Shown here one piece after another: positions 1 through 14,100 of a stretch of DNA of 64,000 bases. This DNA comes from a virus. Made by a program: the position numbers and the translations under genes. Every line of letters begins with the position of its first letter. Positions within the stretch are counted from its first letter, which is position 1. Below the pieces are notes generated by a model. That model did no database searches, was not told the DNA's origin, and saw nothing but the letters and a program-made list of their open reading frames with translations. The DNA lies in the IMG/VR virus record IMGVR_UViG_3300033153_008400, positions 58,744 through 122,743 of that record; one strand, 5' to 3'.

Positions 1-2118
1 AGATTAAAAGATAAAGTATCTGCATCTTATGAAGAAAAAAGAATAGAACTTGGTGCTCAATTAATGGCAGGAAGAGATGTTCAAAAACAATTAGATGAAT
101 TAGATGTCCAAAAACAAAGGTCAATCGACTATTATGAATCATTAGCAGAATTAGCAGGAAAAGACTCTGAAAGAGCTAGAGGTGCCTTATATAAAGATGA
201 AGTTAATTCTAGGTATACTACAATGTTTGGTCAAATTAAAACAGAGACACAAATATTATCTAGTCCTCCAGCAAATTTTCAGTTTAAATTAAAACAGGAA
301 GCTAATGATATATGGCAGTGGGAACAGGAACAACTATATAAAAGGGATCGAGATAAAATAGAAGATTCACAGTGGCAAGCAACTCATGATCAAAGAGCAA
401 AATTAGCTGGTGATAAATTAAAAGCTGATAATGCTGGATTAGATGGAGGAGGTACGGGGCCTGCAGGAAGTGGTGGTGCTCTTCAAGGACCTGAAGATGC
501 TAATTTTGACAACTCTAGTTTCCAACAACAAAATTATATAAATGCTGGTGTACGTCTAAAAGAAGCTAATAATGCATTAGTATATAAATTTTTAACAGAT
601 ACTAATGGAGTTCTTGAAGATGAAGTAAAGGATATGGTGACACAGGGAGTGTTATCTGAAACAGAAGCAATAAATTTTGTAATTGATAGGGAATCCAAAG
701 GAGTTATACTTGATGAAGAGCTTCAAAGAGTTAATGCTATCAGAATATCAAATAGTCAAGAACCTCAAACTAAGCAAGAGTTATATGTTGAAAAAGTTAT
801 AGATGCTACTTCAAAGGAATTATTCAGTATGCGTCCACAAGACAGACAACAAAAGCCTATATCTACACATTTATTAAGAGAACAAATAAAAGCTAATAAA
901 GCTTTTACTGCTGAAAGTCTTGATAATAAGACAATAGAAGATGCACTTCTTATAGATTTTAAAGATCAATCCGAACCAGAGTTAATTGCATCGGTAGAGC
1001 CTCAAACTATGGTGTATAAGGATATAGAATATGAGTTATCCCCAAAAGATATAGTTGACTTAGCTATTATTAGAAGAGGAACTAAGCATAGAATATTTGG
1101 ATTTTTAGATAATAGATTGGCTAGAAGAGCAGCAGAACAGGCACAGAATAGACTTAAAGCAAATGGTAAAGGACCTGTAATTGATGCTATGCGTGCAGAT
1201 TTAGTTGTGCATGATGCAAGTCAAGATCCATTTAATTATATACCTTCATTAATTAAAGATAATGTTATTCAGATAGGAATAGAAGCTTACAAATATGAAT
1301 CAGAGAGAGGAGTTCCTACTAGAAAATGGGATCAAATGTTTAAAGTTTATGATGCAATCAATAATGAGAAGTCTATACAGAGGATGGAGAGAAGAGAGGA
1401 AATTACAAAAGAAGTGTATTCTAAGAATCCTAATTTAAATACAGGACTTCTTACTGGAAACACAGAAACAGATAAAAAGACTATAACAGCGTTGTCACGA
1501 ATGGCTGGAGAATATAATGAAATAGGACAAAATATGTCTCCTACTTTTGCAGCATTTTATACACATATAAATGATGCAAGGAAAAATGAGTATGGTATAG
1601 GCACAAGTGTAGTTACTGGTGCTGATAATCAGCCTGCAGTCTCTGTGAAAATATATGATAGTACTCTTGATGGAGGAAAAAATACTCCTGCTATGGTTAT
1701 TACTGATGCACAAGCGAAAGAATTACAAGTAGATACAGGAAGATTATTTGATACACCAGAGGTACACAATGTAAGAAAGACACTTGATAATCAAGGTAAG
1801 ACTAGTAAATGGAATATTGAAGAATTATCTACTTATTTAAAAATTGGTGGAGGATATTTTACAATGAATGATTTACCTTATTTAGAATCGAACATTGTGG
1901 ATGTTCAAGCAAATATTGAAAAAAGAGGGAATATGTATTTTCCTATCCTTTATATCAATAACGGGGAAGTGAGATTCACAGAATGGCTAACAGAGTCTTC
2001 TAATTTGGGTGATGTAGTAAGAGAAATAAAAAATAGTGATGCTCTATTAATTAATAGTTTAATATCAGAAGAATATGTCAAACGGCAAACCGAATACAAT
2101 AACAGGGTCAAAGAGTAG
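1..2118 (+). CDS. Putative virion cargo/ejected protein, 5'-truncated by the window
   Basis: Frame is open from base 1 to the ATG at 64. Helical, charged protein with a Gly-rich linker, directly upstream of the giant vRNAP gene as in crAss-like cargo loci. Confidence 0.55.
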   Translation, partial: RLKDKVSASYEEKRIELGAQLMAGRDVQKQLDELDVQKQRSIDYYESLAELAGKDSERARGALYKDEVNSRYTTMFGQIKTETQILSSPPANFQFKLKQEANDIWQWEQEQLYKRDRDKIEDSQWQATHDQRAKLAGDKLKADNAGLDGGGTGPAGSGGALQGPEDANFDNSSFQQQNYINAGVRLKEANNALVYKFLTDTNGVLEDEVKDMVTQGVLSETEAINFVIDRESKGVILDEELQRVNAIRISNSQEPQTKQELYVEKVIDATSKELFSMRPQDRQQKPISTHLLREQIKANKAFTAESLDNKTIEDALLIDFKDQSEPELIASVEPQTMVYKDIEYELSPKDIVDLAIIRRGTKHRIFGFLDNRLARRAAEQAQNRLKANGKGPVIDAMRADLVVHDASQDPFNYIPSLIKDNVIQIGIEAYKYESERGVPTRKWDQMFKVYDAINNEKSIQRMERREEITKEVYSKNPNLNTGLLTGNTETDKKTITALSRMAGEYNEIGQNMSPTFAAFYTHINDARKNEYGIGTSVVTGADNQPAVSVKIYDSTLDGGKNTPAMVITDAQAKELQVDTGRLFDTPEVHNVRKTLDNQGKTSKWNIEELSTYLKIGGGYFTMNDLPYLESNIVDVQANIEKRGNMYFPILYINNGEVRFTEWLTESSNLGDVVREIKNSDALLINSLISEEYVKRQTEYNNRVKE

Positions 2119-5100
2119 AAGGGGAGAAAATTTCATAAATAGAAAGGCTACAGTTCCAAATTTACCTAGTACTCCTACTTTACCAATTGTAGAACCGTAT
2201 AATACGGGTGCTCCTGGTGTGATGACAGCTAGAGACATATGGAATCAAAGATTGGCTACTGGAAGTTATAATAAAATTGCTCCTCTTAACACTAAAGAAA
2301 TTTATTCTGGACCTAGATATAATGAAACTATACCTGGTACAGACTATGAAGAAATGCATGCCCAACAACAAAGCAATTGGGGAAAATGGAGCAATGCTAC
2401 TGCTAAAATGATAGGGACAGCTTCTACTACTTTTGTTACTGGTACTGCAGGGCTTCTTTATGGTATGGGAAGTGCCCTCATAAATTTAAAATTATCTAAT
2501 GTTGTGGATAATAGTGTAACTAGAGCTATGGATGATATCTCTAGGGGAATGGATGATAGTCTTCCTAATTATTATACTCAGAAAGAAACAGAGGCTAAAT
2601 GGTGGTCACCTGATAATATTATGACGGCTAACTTCTGGTCAGACAAAGTACTTAAGAACTTAGGATTTTCTGTAGGTTCAATGGCAGGTGGTATGGCTTG
2701 GGGTGCTTTATTCAGATCTATTGGAATGACTAATCAATTAGTTCGATGGGGAAAAGGAAATGATTTAGCTACAGCAGTAGAAAAAAGACTGGCTGTTGCT
2801 CCAGCTTCAGCAAGATATCCTGCTTTTCAAAGTGCTTTGAATAAGACATGGACTACTGCTAAGATGCCTATGGCCGCTGTTGCCAAAAATTCAGACAGAA
2901 TACTGACTTCTATAATGGCTACTGCAGGAGAAGCTACTATTGAAGGACTTCAAGCAATGCATACATTGAGAGAAAGTTTACTTGATGAATTTAAGTTATC
3001 TCATGGTAGAATGCCATCTGGTCTGGAATTAAATGCTATCAATGAGACTGTACAGACTGCAGGTCTTTATATATATGGAATGAATGGGTTGATTCTTACA
3101 GCAACTAACTACATTCAGTTAGGAAAAATAATAGGTAGTTCACGTAAAGCAGATAAAGCCTTAATCAATAGTATCAGAAGAAATGCTGATACAAGACTTT
3201 GGGAAGCTGCTCTTCCAAAAACTATTGCAGGAAAAGTATTAGGTGTAGCCAAACATATAGGGAGGCTATCATTTGCCCCTGTGGAGGCATTAGAAGAAGG
3301 GTTACAACATGCTGCTACCACTGGTGTAGAGGATTATTTTTCTAGAGCATATAAAAATAAGAATGAAACTAATGATTTACTAAGGGCTGTAGATGACAAC
3401 ATGTTAAATGTTTATTCTAATGTATACCTACATGGTTTACATGAAACTCTTAATACTAAAGAAGGACTAGAAAGTATGTTGATTGGGGCCTTATCAGGAG
3501 GTTTACAACAAATGGGTTTATTTGGTAGTTATAGGGATGAGAAAGGTAAAATCAAATATGGTGTAGGTAAATCTGGTGAAATAGGAGAATATGGTTTATT
3601 TGGTAGAGGAGGTACTCGAGGCATAAATACTAAACGAGCTGTTGAAGAATTAAATCTTAAACAAGTAGAAGATGTCATTAAAGATGGTGTAAACTATATG
3701 GGAGTAGGTATTGGTTCTCAAAAGCTAAGACAACAAGCAATTGAAAATGATGATATACTTGCTGAGAAAGATGCTGAAGAAGATTATGCATTATCTTACT
3801 TGATGCCTAGAATTAAGTATGGAAAACTTGAGAGTGTAATAGAAGAGCTTACCAATTACAAAACTCAGGCTATGAGTACAACAGGATACTCTGAATTAGT
3901 CACTGCAGGATTAGCGAATCAAAATGAAACTGCTGATGAGTTCATACAAAGAATAGATAATTTATTAGAATCTGCTAATAAGACAGATAAGATGTATTCT
4001 TTATTGAATGACAGATATGAGAATGCCAGAAGTGAAGATGGAACAATTGCATATACACCTGAAGTCATTGACAAGATGGTTTATGCTGCTGCTAAAATCG
4101 AAAACTACGACAAACGTATCGAAGAAGTCCAGACTGCTCTACTCTCCTCAGGGGTTGATTTGACCTTGATAGATGAGATTATAAAAAACAAAGATGCTAT
4201 TCCTACTGATGCACAATGGGAAGAAGTATCAAAGACTGCCGATAATGTAAAGATCACAGAACAAGAGACTTTTTCTACTAATTTACTCGATTATGGTGAG
4301 TTATTATTGAGAAGAAAAAAGTTTGCTCAGGAGTATGAGACTATAAAAGATGCTCCATATAATTATCGTGCTGTAGTAGGTGCTCTTCCTCCAGAAGAAT
4401 CAGAGGAAATTAAATCTACTAAAGAAAACAGTATTACTGTACCTGTTACTACTGGTGGGGAGAAAACATATAATATAGATGATACTTATTATTTAGGTAA
4501 TGTACTTGCAGATCAAATTGTATCTGGTGCTGATCTCTCAGCTCCACAAATGAAGATTTTGAGTATGAATGAGGATGGTACAATTAAGATAATGACTCAG
4601 AATGGGAAAGAATTGGATATCACTGCAGGAGAATTAGAGCAACTTAAGTTAGGTAGTGTTAACAAAGCTCTTAAGGATAACAAGAAAGGTGAGTTTTATT
4701 TTGATAATTGGAATACTCCTTTCACTTTTAACTTCGGAGATAATGGTGGTTTTAAAAAAGGAAGAATAATTTATAATGAGAATGATGATAAGATGCATTT
4801 TGTCTATGTGGATGCATCAGGCAATACAAGGGATATAGAGGTTACGAATGACCAATTTGGGCCTAAAGGAGAAAATGAGGCACAGATACAGAGAGAAGAA
4901 GGTGTGAATGACTTCCAGGGAGGCGTAGAAGCACGTTTCCTTGCTGCTAAAGATGAACGTAAGGATAAGAAACATGAAGATAGATTAAAGGTCTTAGGTG
5001 AGTTTGCAGAGGAGATGATGGTGAGACAAGCTGAGCTAACAAAGGTTATTAATAAGAGACAGGAAAATGTTGCTAGGACTAAAAAAATCTTAGGACTCTT

Positions 5101-8100
5101 ACAGGAAGACCTTCTTAAAAATAAAGATAAGCGAACTAAAGATGCTTATACTATAGCTGGTCAGAAAATATTAACTAATATCAAGAGAACAGAAAAAGAT
5201 TTAGAAGCACTTGAAAAAGTAGAAAGAGAATCTTCAGAAGAATTAAATGATATTACTGCAACTTTGGTATATGTAGAAGATCTTATAGAAAATATAGATA
5301 CCCGTGCTACAGACTATGTTAATTTTATAGCTGAAATTAAAGTAGATAAAGTTAATTTGGAAGAACTTCATAAAGAAGTTACAACAGGTATCAAGGATTT
5401 AAAAACTTTAATACAAGAAGTCAAAGATTTTATTCAGACATCTAAAGATGTTCTTAATGATCTTTTATTACAATTATCGGGAGCATTTCCCAATATATCA
5501 AGTGAAGGTGTTTTCTTGGATGATATTGTTACAGTAGAAGACTATTTTACTGATTTAGCTCCTTTGATAGGAGGAACAGAATCAGAAGAAAGTTTAGCCT
5601 TTGCAGGTGTAACTTTGACAGGTATACAACCTAAAAAAGCTCAACTTACTAAAATGGAAAAAGAATTATCTAATGCTAAAAAAGCTTTAGATAAATATGA
5701 TGATGGTATTATAGCCAGAGGAAAAGTACTGGCTAAATTTGGGGAAAGATTGATAGAATGGGAAAGAGCTAAGGAAGAAGAAGCTATTTTAGGAACGAGT
5801 TCTGAGATTAGTTCTGATATATTAGATTCTCAATCTAAGTCATCTTTTGAGAATGATCATTATAAAGAAGGATTTGAATATAAAAAATTAAAAGCTAAAA
5901 ATCTTGTAGTTACAGGAGGTATTGCCCCAGAAGGAAGTGATGGTAAACCTGTAGGAGTATATGCAAAAAGAGCTCAAGCTTTTGGTAATATATTTCATAG
6001 ATTAGTACAAAATGGTAAGGAGTTTAGAGGAAGAGTAGTTACTATTGCGAATGAAAAACATATCATGAAAGGGCTTACTAAACATTTAGCCCAGCCAGGT
6101 ACTGATCCAAGGTTTACGATTGTCTTAGTTGTTACCAATAAAAAAGGAGTTCCTGTAGATGAAAAAGGTATACCTATTACAGATGAAAGTAAACTTTTAG
6201 ATGAAGGAATTTATCAAACATTCCCTGATCCTAAATTAAGAAATTCATATGGTAGTCTGTTTAGAGCAGATGTTAAGTTTAAAGAGCGAGAAAGAATTAC
6301 AAAGATTTATGAAAAATGGGTAGAGAAGACTCTTGGACAGAGTAAACTTCAACCTCTTCAAGATATTTCAGCTTCTTTTGGATTAGTTGATTACATACAA
6401 AAAACAGATAGTAAAGGAAAAATACTTCCAGAAGCTACATCAATGGCTAGATCTAGTATAAATGCTTCAGGATTAATTACTAATATTGAACTAGGAAGTG
6501 GAGATGTTATTAAAGTAGCAACTAACAATGATACTTTAACCAGAGGTACTGTTGAAATTAGTGCTCCTCTTGGACATGTCTTTTTAGAAGCACCAGGAGG
6601 TTATGTAAAATTATATAATCAGAAAAATAGTGAGAAACAATCTGAGCTTATATATAATGTATTGCTTCAGGTTACTAAAAATATTTTAAGGGATAAACAT
6701 GGTAAAGAGGCAGATACTCAACGATTATTTGAATGGTTAAGATCTGTAGTATATTGGGGTCAACCTATGAATTTTCAGACTGGAGAAAGGAAGGAACCTT
6801 CCGATGGCTCTGTTTATTATGAAGTAATAGGTCAGGGTGAAGGAGTTGCTTCTGAAAGAAAACTTCGTATAGGTAAAACGAGTAGATTTGATTTTACTCC
6901 TACTTCTTTAAAGGATAACAAAGATGCAATTATTGCCTTATTACAAAATGTATGGGGTAATACACATGCCCCAGGAGTAGCGAAAGATATGTATGATGTT
7001 GCTTATCATGAAATTACTGCTGTTAACAAAGATGGTACTACTGAAGGTATCACATGGAATAGTTATCAACAATTCTTATTAGCTGATATATATCCAGATG
7101 GTAGTCCTAGAAATTTAGATAGTATTCCTCTAAAAACTAAAGTACGTCCACTCGTTGGAAAAGAGGATACCAATAGACATGCTATTTATTTCTATTTAGA
7201 AGATAGCTCAGAATATATGCAGGATGCTCCTGTTGAGTCTATTGTGAAGAAAACAGTTCCTGGGAAAAAAGAAGTTAGTACACCTAAATATATCTTTGAT
7301 GGTGTGGTAGAGAACATAATAAATTTAGGAACCTTAGGAGAAGCTAAAGTGACTCTAAATTTAGATGAAGCTGTACAAGAATTTCATAGAAGAGAAGGTA
7401 AAGTATTCTCAAGTCTTGAGGAAACACAACAATTTACTTTTGCTTTACTTAGCAAACATATTATTACTATAGGATTAGGAACAGATGTTGAAGCAAACTT
7501 AGTAGAGGCAGGTGGAGCTACAGATAGTTCTGCTCAAAGTAATGCTCAAATGCTTGTTGTTGAAATGCTTTCTAGTCAGATAACAGAGGCTGCAAACAGA
7601 ACAGCGGCCAAGTCTGAACCTGTGCCTACACTCAAATCTTCTATAACGTCTGTAGAAGATCTAATACAAGACATTAATGATGCATTTATCTATATAAATT
7701 CTGGAAAATATAAAGGAGATAGAAAAAATGAAATGACATCAGTAGGAGATAAATTAGTAAAAATTTTCCTTACAGGTTTAAGAAAAGAAGGTTTAGTAAA
7801 AGCAGGGACTAGACGAGCTCCTAGAGCTGATGGTTCTTATGATACAATGACAATAAATGAAGACCTTAAAGGAAAAAATATAGGAAATGATTGGTCTGCA
7901 GCAAAACATTTTAAAGAAAAATTAAGAACTTTTTTCGATACAGAAATAGCTGAACTTAAATCTTCTACTAAAATAACAGAAACAACTGTTAGAACTGAAG
8001 ATAAAAAATGGAAATTAGATGGTTCACCTGAAGTGATGACTGTAGGAGAGAGTAAAGTTACATTTACACTCAAAGATCAAGCTGTAATAGATGCACTCAG

Positions 8101-11100
8101 AGATGATTCTGAGATATTAGAAGATGAAATCAAAAGACTTAAATTAATAACAGGTCTTATTAGAGGTGGTCATTTAGTGATTACTCCTACTCAAGCTGCT
8201 TTGGATAATGGAGAAAAACTGTTAGGTAGTACAGATGCTCTTATTACTATGTTAGCAAATACTATTTTACAGGAAGTAGCACCTCAAATTAAAAAAAATT
8301 GGTTCCTTGCTGATACTGATAAAGGATCAGAAAATTATAGTGATGCTGAATGGGAAGAAATACAAGCTAGATTTAATCCAGAAGGCGAAACATCTTCAAG
8401 AACTGAAGAAGATGATTATACTCGAATAATAGCTGAGAGACATCTTGAACCTTTCAAGGAAACAAATTGGGAAAAAGAAGCAGAATGGATGAAGAAAAAC
8501 TTTCCTCTTATTCCTATAAATGTACTTAAGAATGTTATTCAGGCAACTAATGGTAGACAAGCATGGGGTTTATATCGTCAAGGAGCTGTCTATATATATA
8601 AACATGCTGAGGCTGGTACAATTTATCATGAAGTATTTCATGCTGTGTGGGATATGTCTTTATCTCTTAGAGAGAAAAGACAAATTGCTGAAGAGTTTAG
8701 AAATAGAAAAGGTTCTTATACAGACAGATTTACTTTTAAAGTAATCAAATATAGCGAGGCTACTGATTATCAAATGGGTGAAGAGATAGCTGAAGAATTT
8801 AGAGATAGAGTACTTTATGGTAAAAAACCTACTAGAAAACCTAGGTCTTTAATGCGAAGAGCATTTGAGGGAATAATTAATTTCTTCAACGATCTTTTAT
8901 TCGGTAAAGATGCTTTTACTAATACGAACAAATTATTTGATAAGATGGGTAATGGCGATTATGCAGCCTTTATTCCACATGAAGATGTATTAAGAAAAGC
9001 AGGTGAGTCACAAATCTTGCATATTGAGGGTATAACAGTAAGAAAGGGTGATCAACTTAGACCACTTATAACTAGATTAGAAGGAATCAATGCTGTACAA
9101 GAACATGAGATTTATCAACATATGACATTTGTAGCTGTTAATAAGATGTTTGCCACAGACGATGGGTTGTTTGCTATGAAGGATAGATTGAAAATTACAA
9201 ATTTATATCAAGATCTTAAAAGAAATCTGTTAGGAGAAAATGGTATTATAAACAGAAAACAAATTGATTACAGTCAAATAACAATAAAAAATCCTAAGCA
9301 ACAAGAACAAGTTACTAAAAAAATTAAGGATTTAGATGATTTGAAGATAGCTATTAATGAGAATTGGGATGTCATTAAAAAAAGACATATGGATTCTTTA
9401 GCCCCATATGAGATTACATTTGATGAAGAAGAAAATTTAATCGTAGAGGATGAGACCATAGTGAAAGCAGATTCAATGGATGGTAACAAGATAGATTCAT
9501 ACAGAAAATCTAGTGGTGCTATTAAGTTGTTATTTGCTACTCTTGCAGATTTTGAGAAAGTTCCTGGAGAAAACAGAACAAGACTTAAAACATCTTCTAT
9601 AGGTGGTGCAACATTTGAGCAATCAGATAAGATATATATTACTTTAAAAAATAATTTACATGACTCTACTGGCTTAAATGATATGCTAGAAAGGTTGAAA
9701 GAATTAGCCAACAATGAAGAAACAGGTTATCATTATGCTAAATTATATACTAGAATAACTAAGCAAGACATTAGTGATACAAATAAAAATACTGTTAACA
9801 TTGATAAGATGAGTAACAGTGCCATAATGTTATTGGGAGGCTTTTGGAAAGTGATAAAAGGACAGAATCCAGATGTTCCTATCATATTCATTCTCCAAGG
9901 GGGAGAGGTTGTAATAGGAAATACAGAGTTATCAAATGCATCTAAACAGATAAGATATGAAATGTCTCAAAATATTATAGCACATATTAGAGAAGATGCT
10001 GAGGGTAATGAAAAACTTTATAAAATAAATTCTTTAGGGTTGTATAATCCTACTACAGCTTTAAAAAATGTAAAATTAAATAGTTCTAAACCTGCTGAAT
10101 ATATTAGATTTTTACAAGCATTCGGTATTAATTTTAAATTAAAAGAATTTAATAAATTTTTACCTGATCAAAAAGCTACATTTAGAGAAGCTACAGAAGG
10201 GTTACTTTCTGATCTTTCTACTAGAAAGGATATATATTCTTGGAGTGAGAAAGCAATAAACTCTACTCAAAATTTACTTAAATTAGGGGCACTCAGAGCT
10301 GTAATGGATAATCCTGTTTTTGAAAGTACTTATTTCAGTATAGCTGGAGAACGTACTCAAAAGTTCATAGGCCCTAATGCTACTAGTGATTTATTTCATA
10401 CTTTATCACAAATTACGAATAAACAAGATTTACGTTCAACACGTTATTCTCATTTATTGGATGATGTCTTTACCCAAGGGAGTGTAGTGATGCAGAAGTT
10501 ATTCAATGGGAACGAGCGTAAGAGAAATACGAAAGATATCTTTAAGACCGTATATGTAGGAGGAACTATAAATGAAGAGAATAATAGGAGAACACGATCA
10601 TCCAGACTTTATTATAGAGATAGATTGATTCAGGAAATGAGTCTAAATTTAGAAGGAATATATGCAAACTTAGTTCCTGGGGATTCTGAATTAGAATGGG
10701 CTATTAAGATGCATTCTAAGAAAAGCCCATTTATAACTCCATCTAGTGTTTCTCGAAAAGAGTATCAAAAAATATTCAGAGATTATTTTATTGATGAAGT
10801 TAACTTATCCAGAGACAATAGAATTGTAGCTAAAGGCAGAAGTGCCAGAGATTTGAGATTCTTTAAAGATATTTTAGATGCTTATAATTCTAAAGCTCAT
10901 GCTACTATACTTGATTACTCACATAAAATATCTGCAGAAGAAATATATGAAGAGCATAAGTCAGGGATTAAAGCTGCTGTAGAAGCTTTTATAACTAATG
11001 ATGCTGAGGAAACAATGACATTGTTGAAAGACTATAAAATTATACAAAAAATACCTGGTGAAGCTGAAATATATAAGCATACTCTTTCACTTAAGGATAA

Positions 11101-14100
11101 GGAATTATCTTTTACTGAAATGGAGCTTCAGATAAAGTCACTTACTGTTAACTATATGATAGCAAATATAGAACAACATAAGATATTATATTCTGATCCT
11201 TATCAGTATTCAGATGAATTAAAGCGTATTAAAAACTTTAACTCTCCTCGTCAGGCTCTTATGCATAGTTCTAAAGACCTTTATAAAGCGATTAATAAAG
11301 TTTATAATAAAGGATATAAAGCAGAAGATTTAGGTTATTCTAATATGGATCGTAGTTCTTTTAGAACAGTTACTCTTCAAGATATATGGTCAATAATAGA
11401 TCCTAAATTAGCTAAGCAATATCCAGGATATACTGATTATAAAAATAAAGAAGGTTGGCAAGAAACTGATGGTGCTGGTATGATTACTATGAAGGCATAT
11501 AGATTCTTCAGAATCTTGGCAGGTGATTGGTTACCTAATAATGAAGCACAATATCGTTGGGATATTCAATATCAGGAGAAGGTAATGGAGATAAATGATG
11601 CTACTGGAACTGAAAAATCCAGATTAAATGAAAAATTTAGAGCATTTAAAGCTGCTAGAAAGGTTCATGATCAAAGTACTTATACTCCTATTAAACCTAT
11701 TGTATCTGGTAATAAAGGAAATGGTAGAAATTATAATGATTCAGTATTAGATAAATATGCATTATTTCCAATGCCATTCAGAGTATTTCATATGATGGAA
11801 CCTAATTCTAATATTTTAGAGTTTACTGAAAAGATGCGTAGAGAAAAAATCGATTATGCTATTTATGAAACAGGTAGAAAAGTAGGTGTAGAAGAAACAT
11901 ATCCAGTATATGTGAAAGGTGCTTTAAATACTGCTCCTTTTCAACCTCAAGAAGAGATTGATAGAGTAGCTGAAAATAATCCTGAAGACAGAGTGAAGAG
12001 ATTTGTGACTAATATTCCTTTTTCTATTATGTCTTTACAAACTGAGGTTCCTTCTAAAAAAGATGGTAAAGTGATACAAGGTTCACAAATAACTAAGTTA
12101 GTTACTTTGGATTTCATGAATGGTGGTGTACCTATAGATTTTAATCCTGTGGATAAAGACGGTAATTCAATTGTCACGGAAGATAAGGATGGAAAGGATA
12201 CTACTGATTATGATGCATTAAGTGTTGCCTGGGTTGAATTAGAAACAGAAGCAGCTAAAAAAGAGGCTTCTCTATTGTATAAAGAAATTCAACATAATAA
12301 GCGATTATTACAAGAACGTATACAGCTAGGGTATGAAAATTTATTACGTAAATTAGGTATTATTGAAGATGAAGATGAAGATGGTAATAAGACATATACT
12401 GTTTTTGATAAAGAAAAACTCATAGGAACTATAGAAAAAGAAATATTCAAGCAACAGAAAAATAATAATTTAGTAGTTGCTTTTCAAGAAGTGAGAGAAG
12501 GAAAAGCTCTTATTGAAGCTACTCCTGTATATCAACAAATACGAAATGTTTTATATTCATTAGCTAATGGTAATGTAGTTCGTCCTAAAATAAGTGGAGG
12601 AAGTAAGATACAAATGCCTTCTACTTTATTTGAAGTAGGTGCTAGAATTGAAAAATTTGTTCATGATGGTAAAACATACCTTCATTCGGATGTATTGAAT
12701 TTTTATGAGGAAGGTAAAGTAGCTGAGATTTTTGTAGCTCGTTGGGATAATAGTCCTCTATCTGATGAACAATTATTAAATTCATGGTATAAATTAGATG
12801 AAAATGATAATAGAACATCTGAGTTAACTAAAGAAGGTGAACGTGCTTTAAAAGGTATAGCATTTAGAACTCCTACTCAGAAACAAAATTCTATAGAATC
12901 ATATGTTATTAAAAAATTCTTACCTAGGTCATATGGGGATTCAGTAGTTATTCCTTCAGCGATAGTACGAAAAACAGGTAGTGATTATGATATTGATAAA
13001 TTATCTGTATATCTTAAGAATCTAATTTGGGATGGTAAAAGACTTTTCTCAGTACCATTTCAAGGATTCCAAAGTGAATTAGATGCTAAAAGAGAATTCA
13101 AAAAGATTTTTCATAGATTAATGGAAAATAGAATTTCTAAAGTAGAAGGAAAAAAAGCTAAAGTTATTTCTTTGAAAGCTATGTTTACCAAGATAGCCAA
13201 TGGTACAGCAGAATTTGAAGAATTTGAAGAGTTTACTCCTATTATCAGTACACTTTTAGAAAATAACAATATTAGTCTTAAAGATACTGAAGCAATAAAT
13301 GAATATTTTGATCAACGTCTAGGTAATGGAATAGCACGTATCAATACTTTGACTGTTAAACAATTTGAAGAAGATGCTGCTCAAAAATTTGCTGATAAAT
13401 TATATAGTCAATCAATAGAGAATGAATACATTGAGTCTTTACAAAGACTGGTAATGCATCCTAAAAATTATCATAATCTGATTAAGCCTAATTCTGCTCA
13501 GATTATGAGAGACCTAACAGATCATATTAATGAAAAGTTTAGAAGAACTAAGATTGATTATCATTCTGCTGGATTTATGTTGAGTAGAAAGAAAATGTCT
13601 GGATTACGTCAAGCCTTTGTAGGTGGTAAGAGAGCTATTGGTATTGCTGCCGTTGGTGCAACCAATAATTCAAACAATCAATTAGCAGATACATATACTG
13701 ATACAAATCTTATAGGAACTAATATTATTTCTGATGAAGATGAGTTTTGGTTGAATGGTATGAAAATTACTAAGATTGCCGATGACACTGATGCCGATGT
13801 TAAGTTCTTAGAATATAATAAAAAGATGGTTGATGGCAGACCTATGGCATCTCTCTCCAGGGCTAAAAATTCAGCAGGTGAATATATCTCTGATATTATA
13901 GGAATGTTCATTGATGGTTATGTTGATATTTCTGCAGGACCTTGGATTATGCAAATGGGTGCAACTCCTGAAACAGCAGGGACATGGTTATATTTATTAA
14001 AGATAGGTGTACCTAAAGAAACAGTAGCTTATTTCATGAATCAACCTATTATTACTGAATTATTATTTGATTTAGAAATAGAAGGTAAATCATGGTTATA

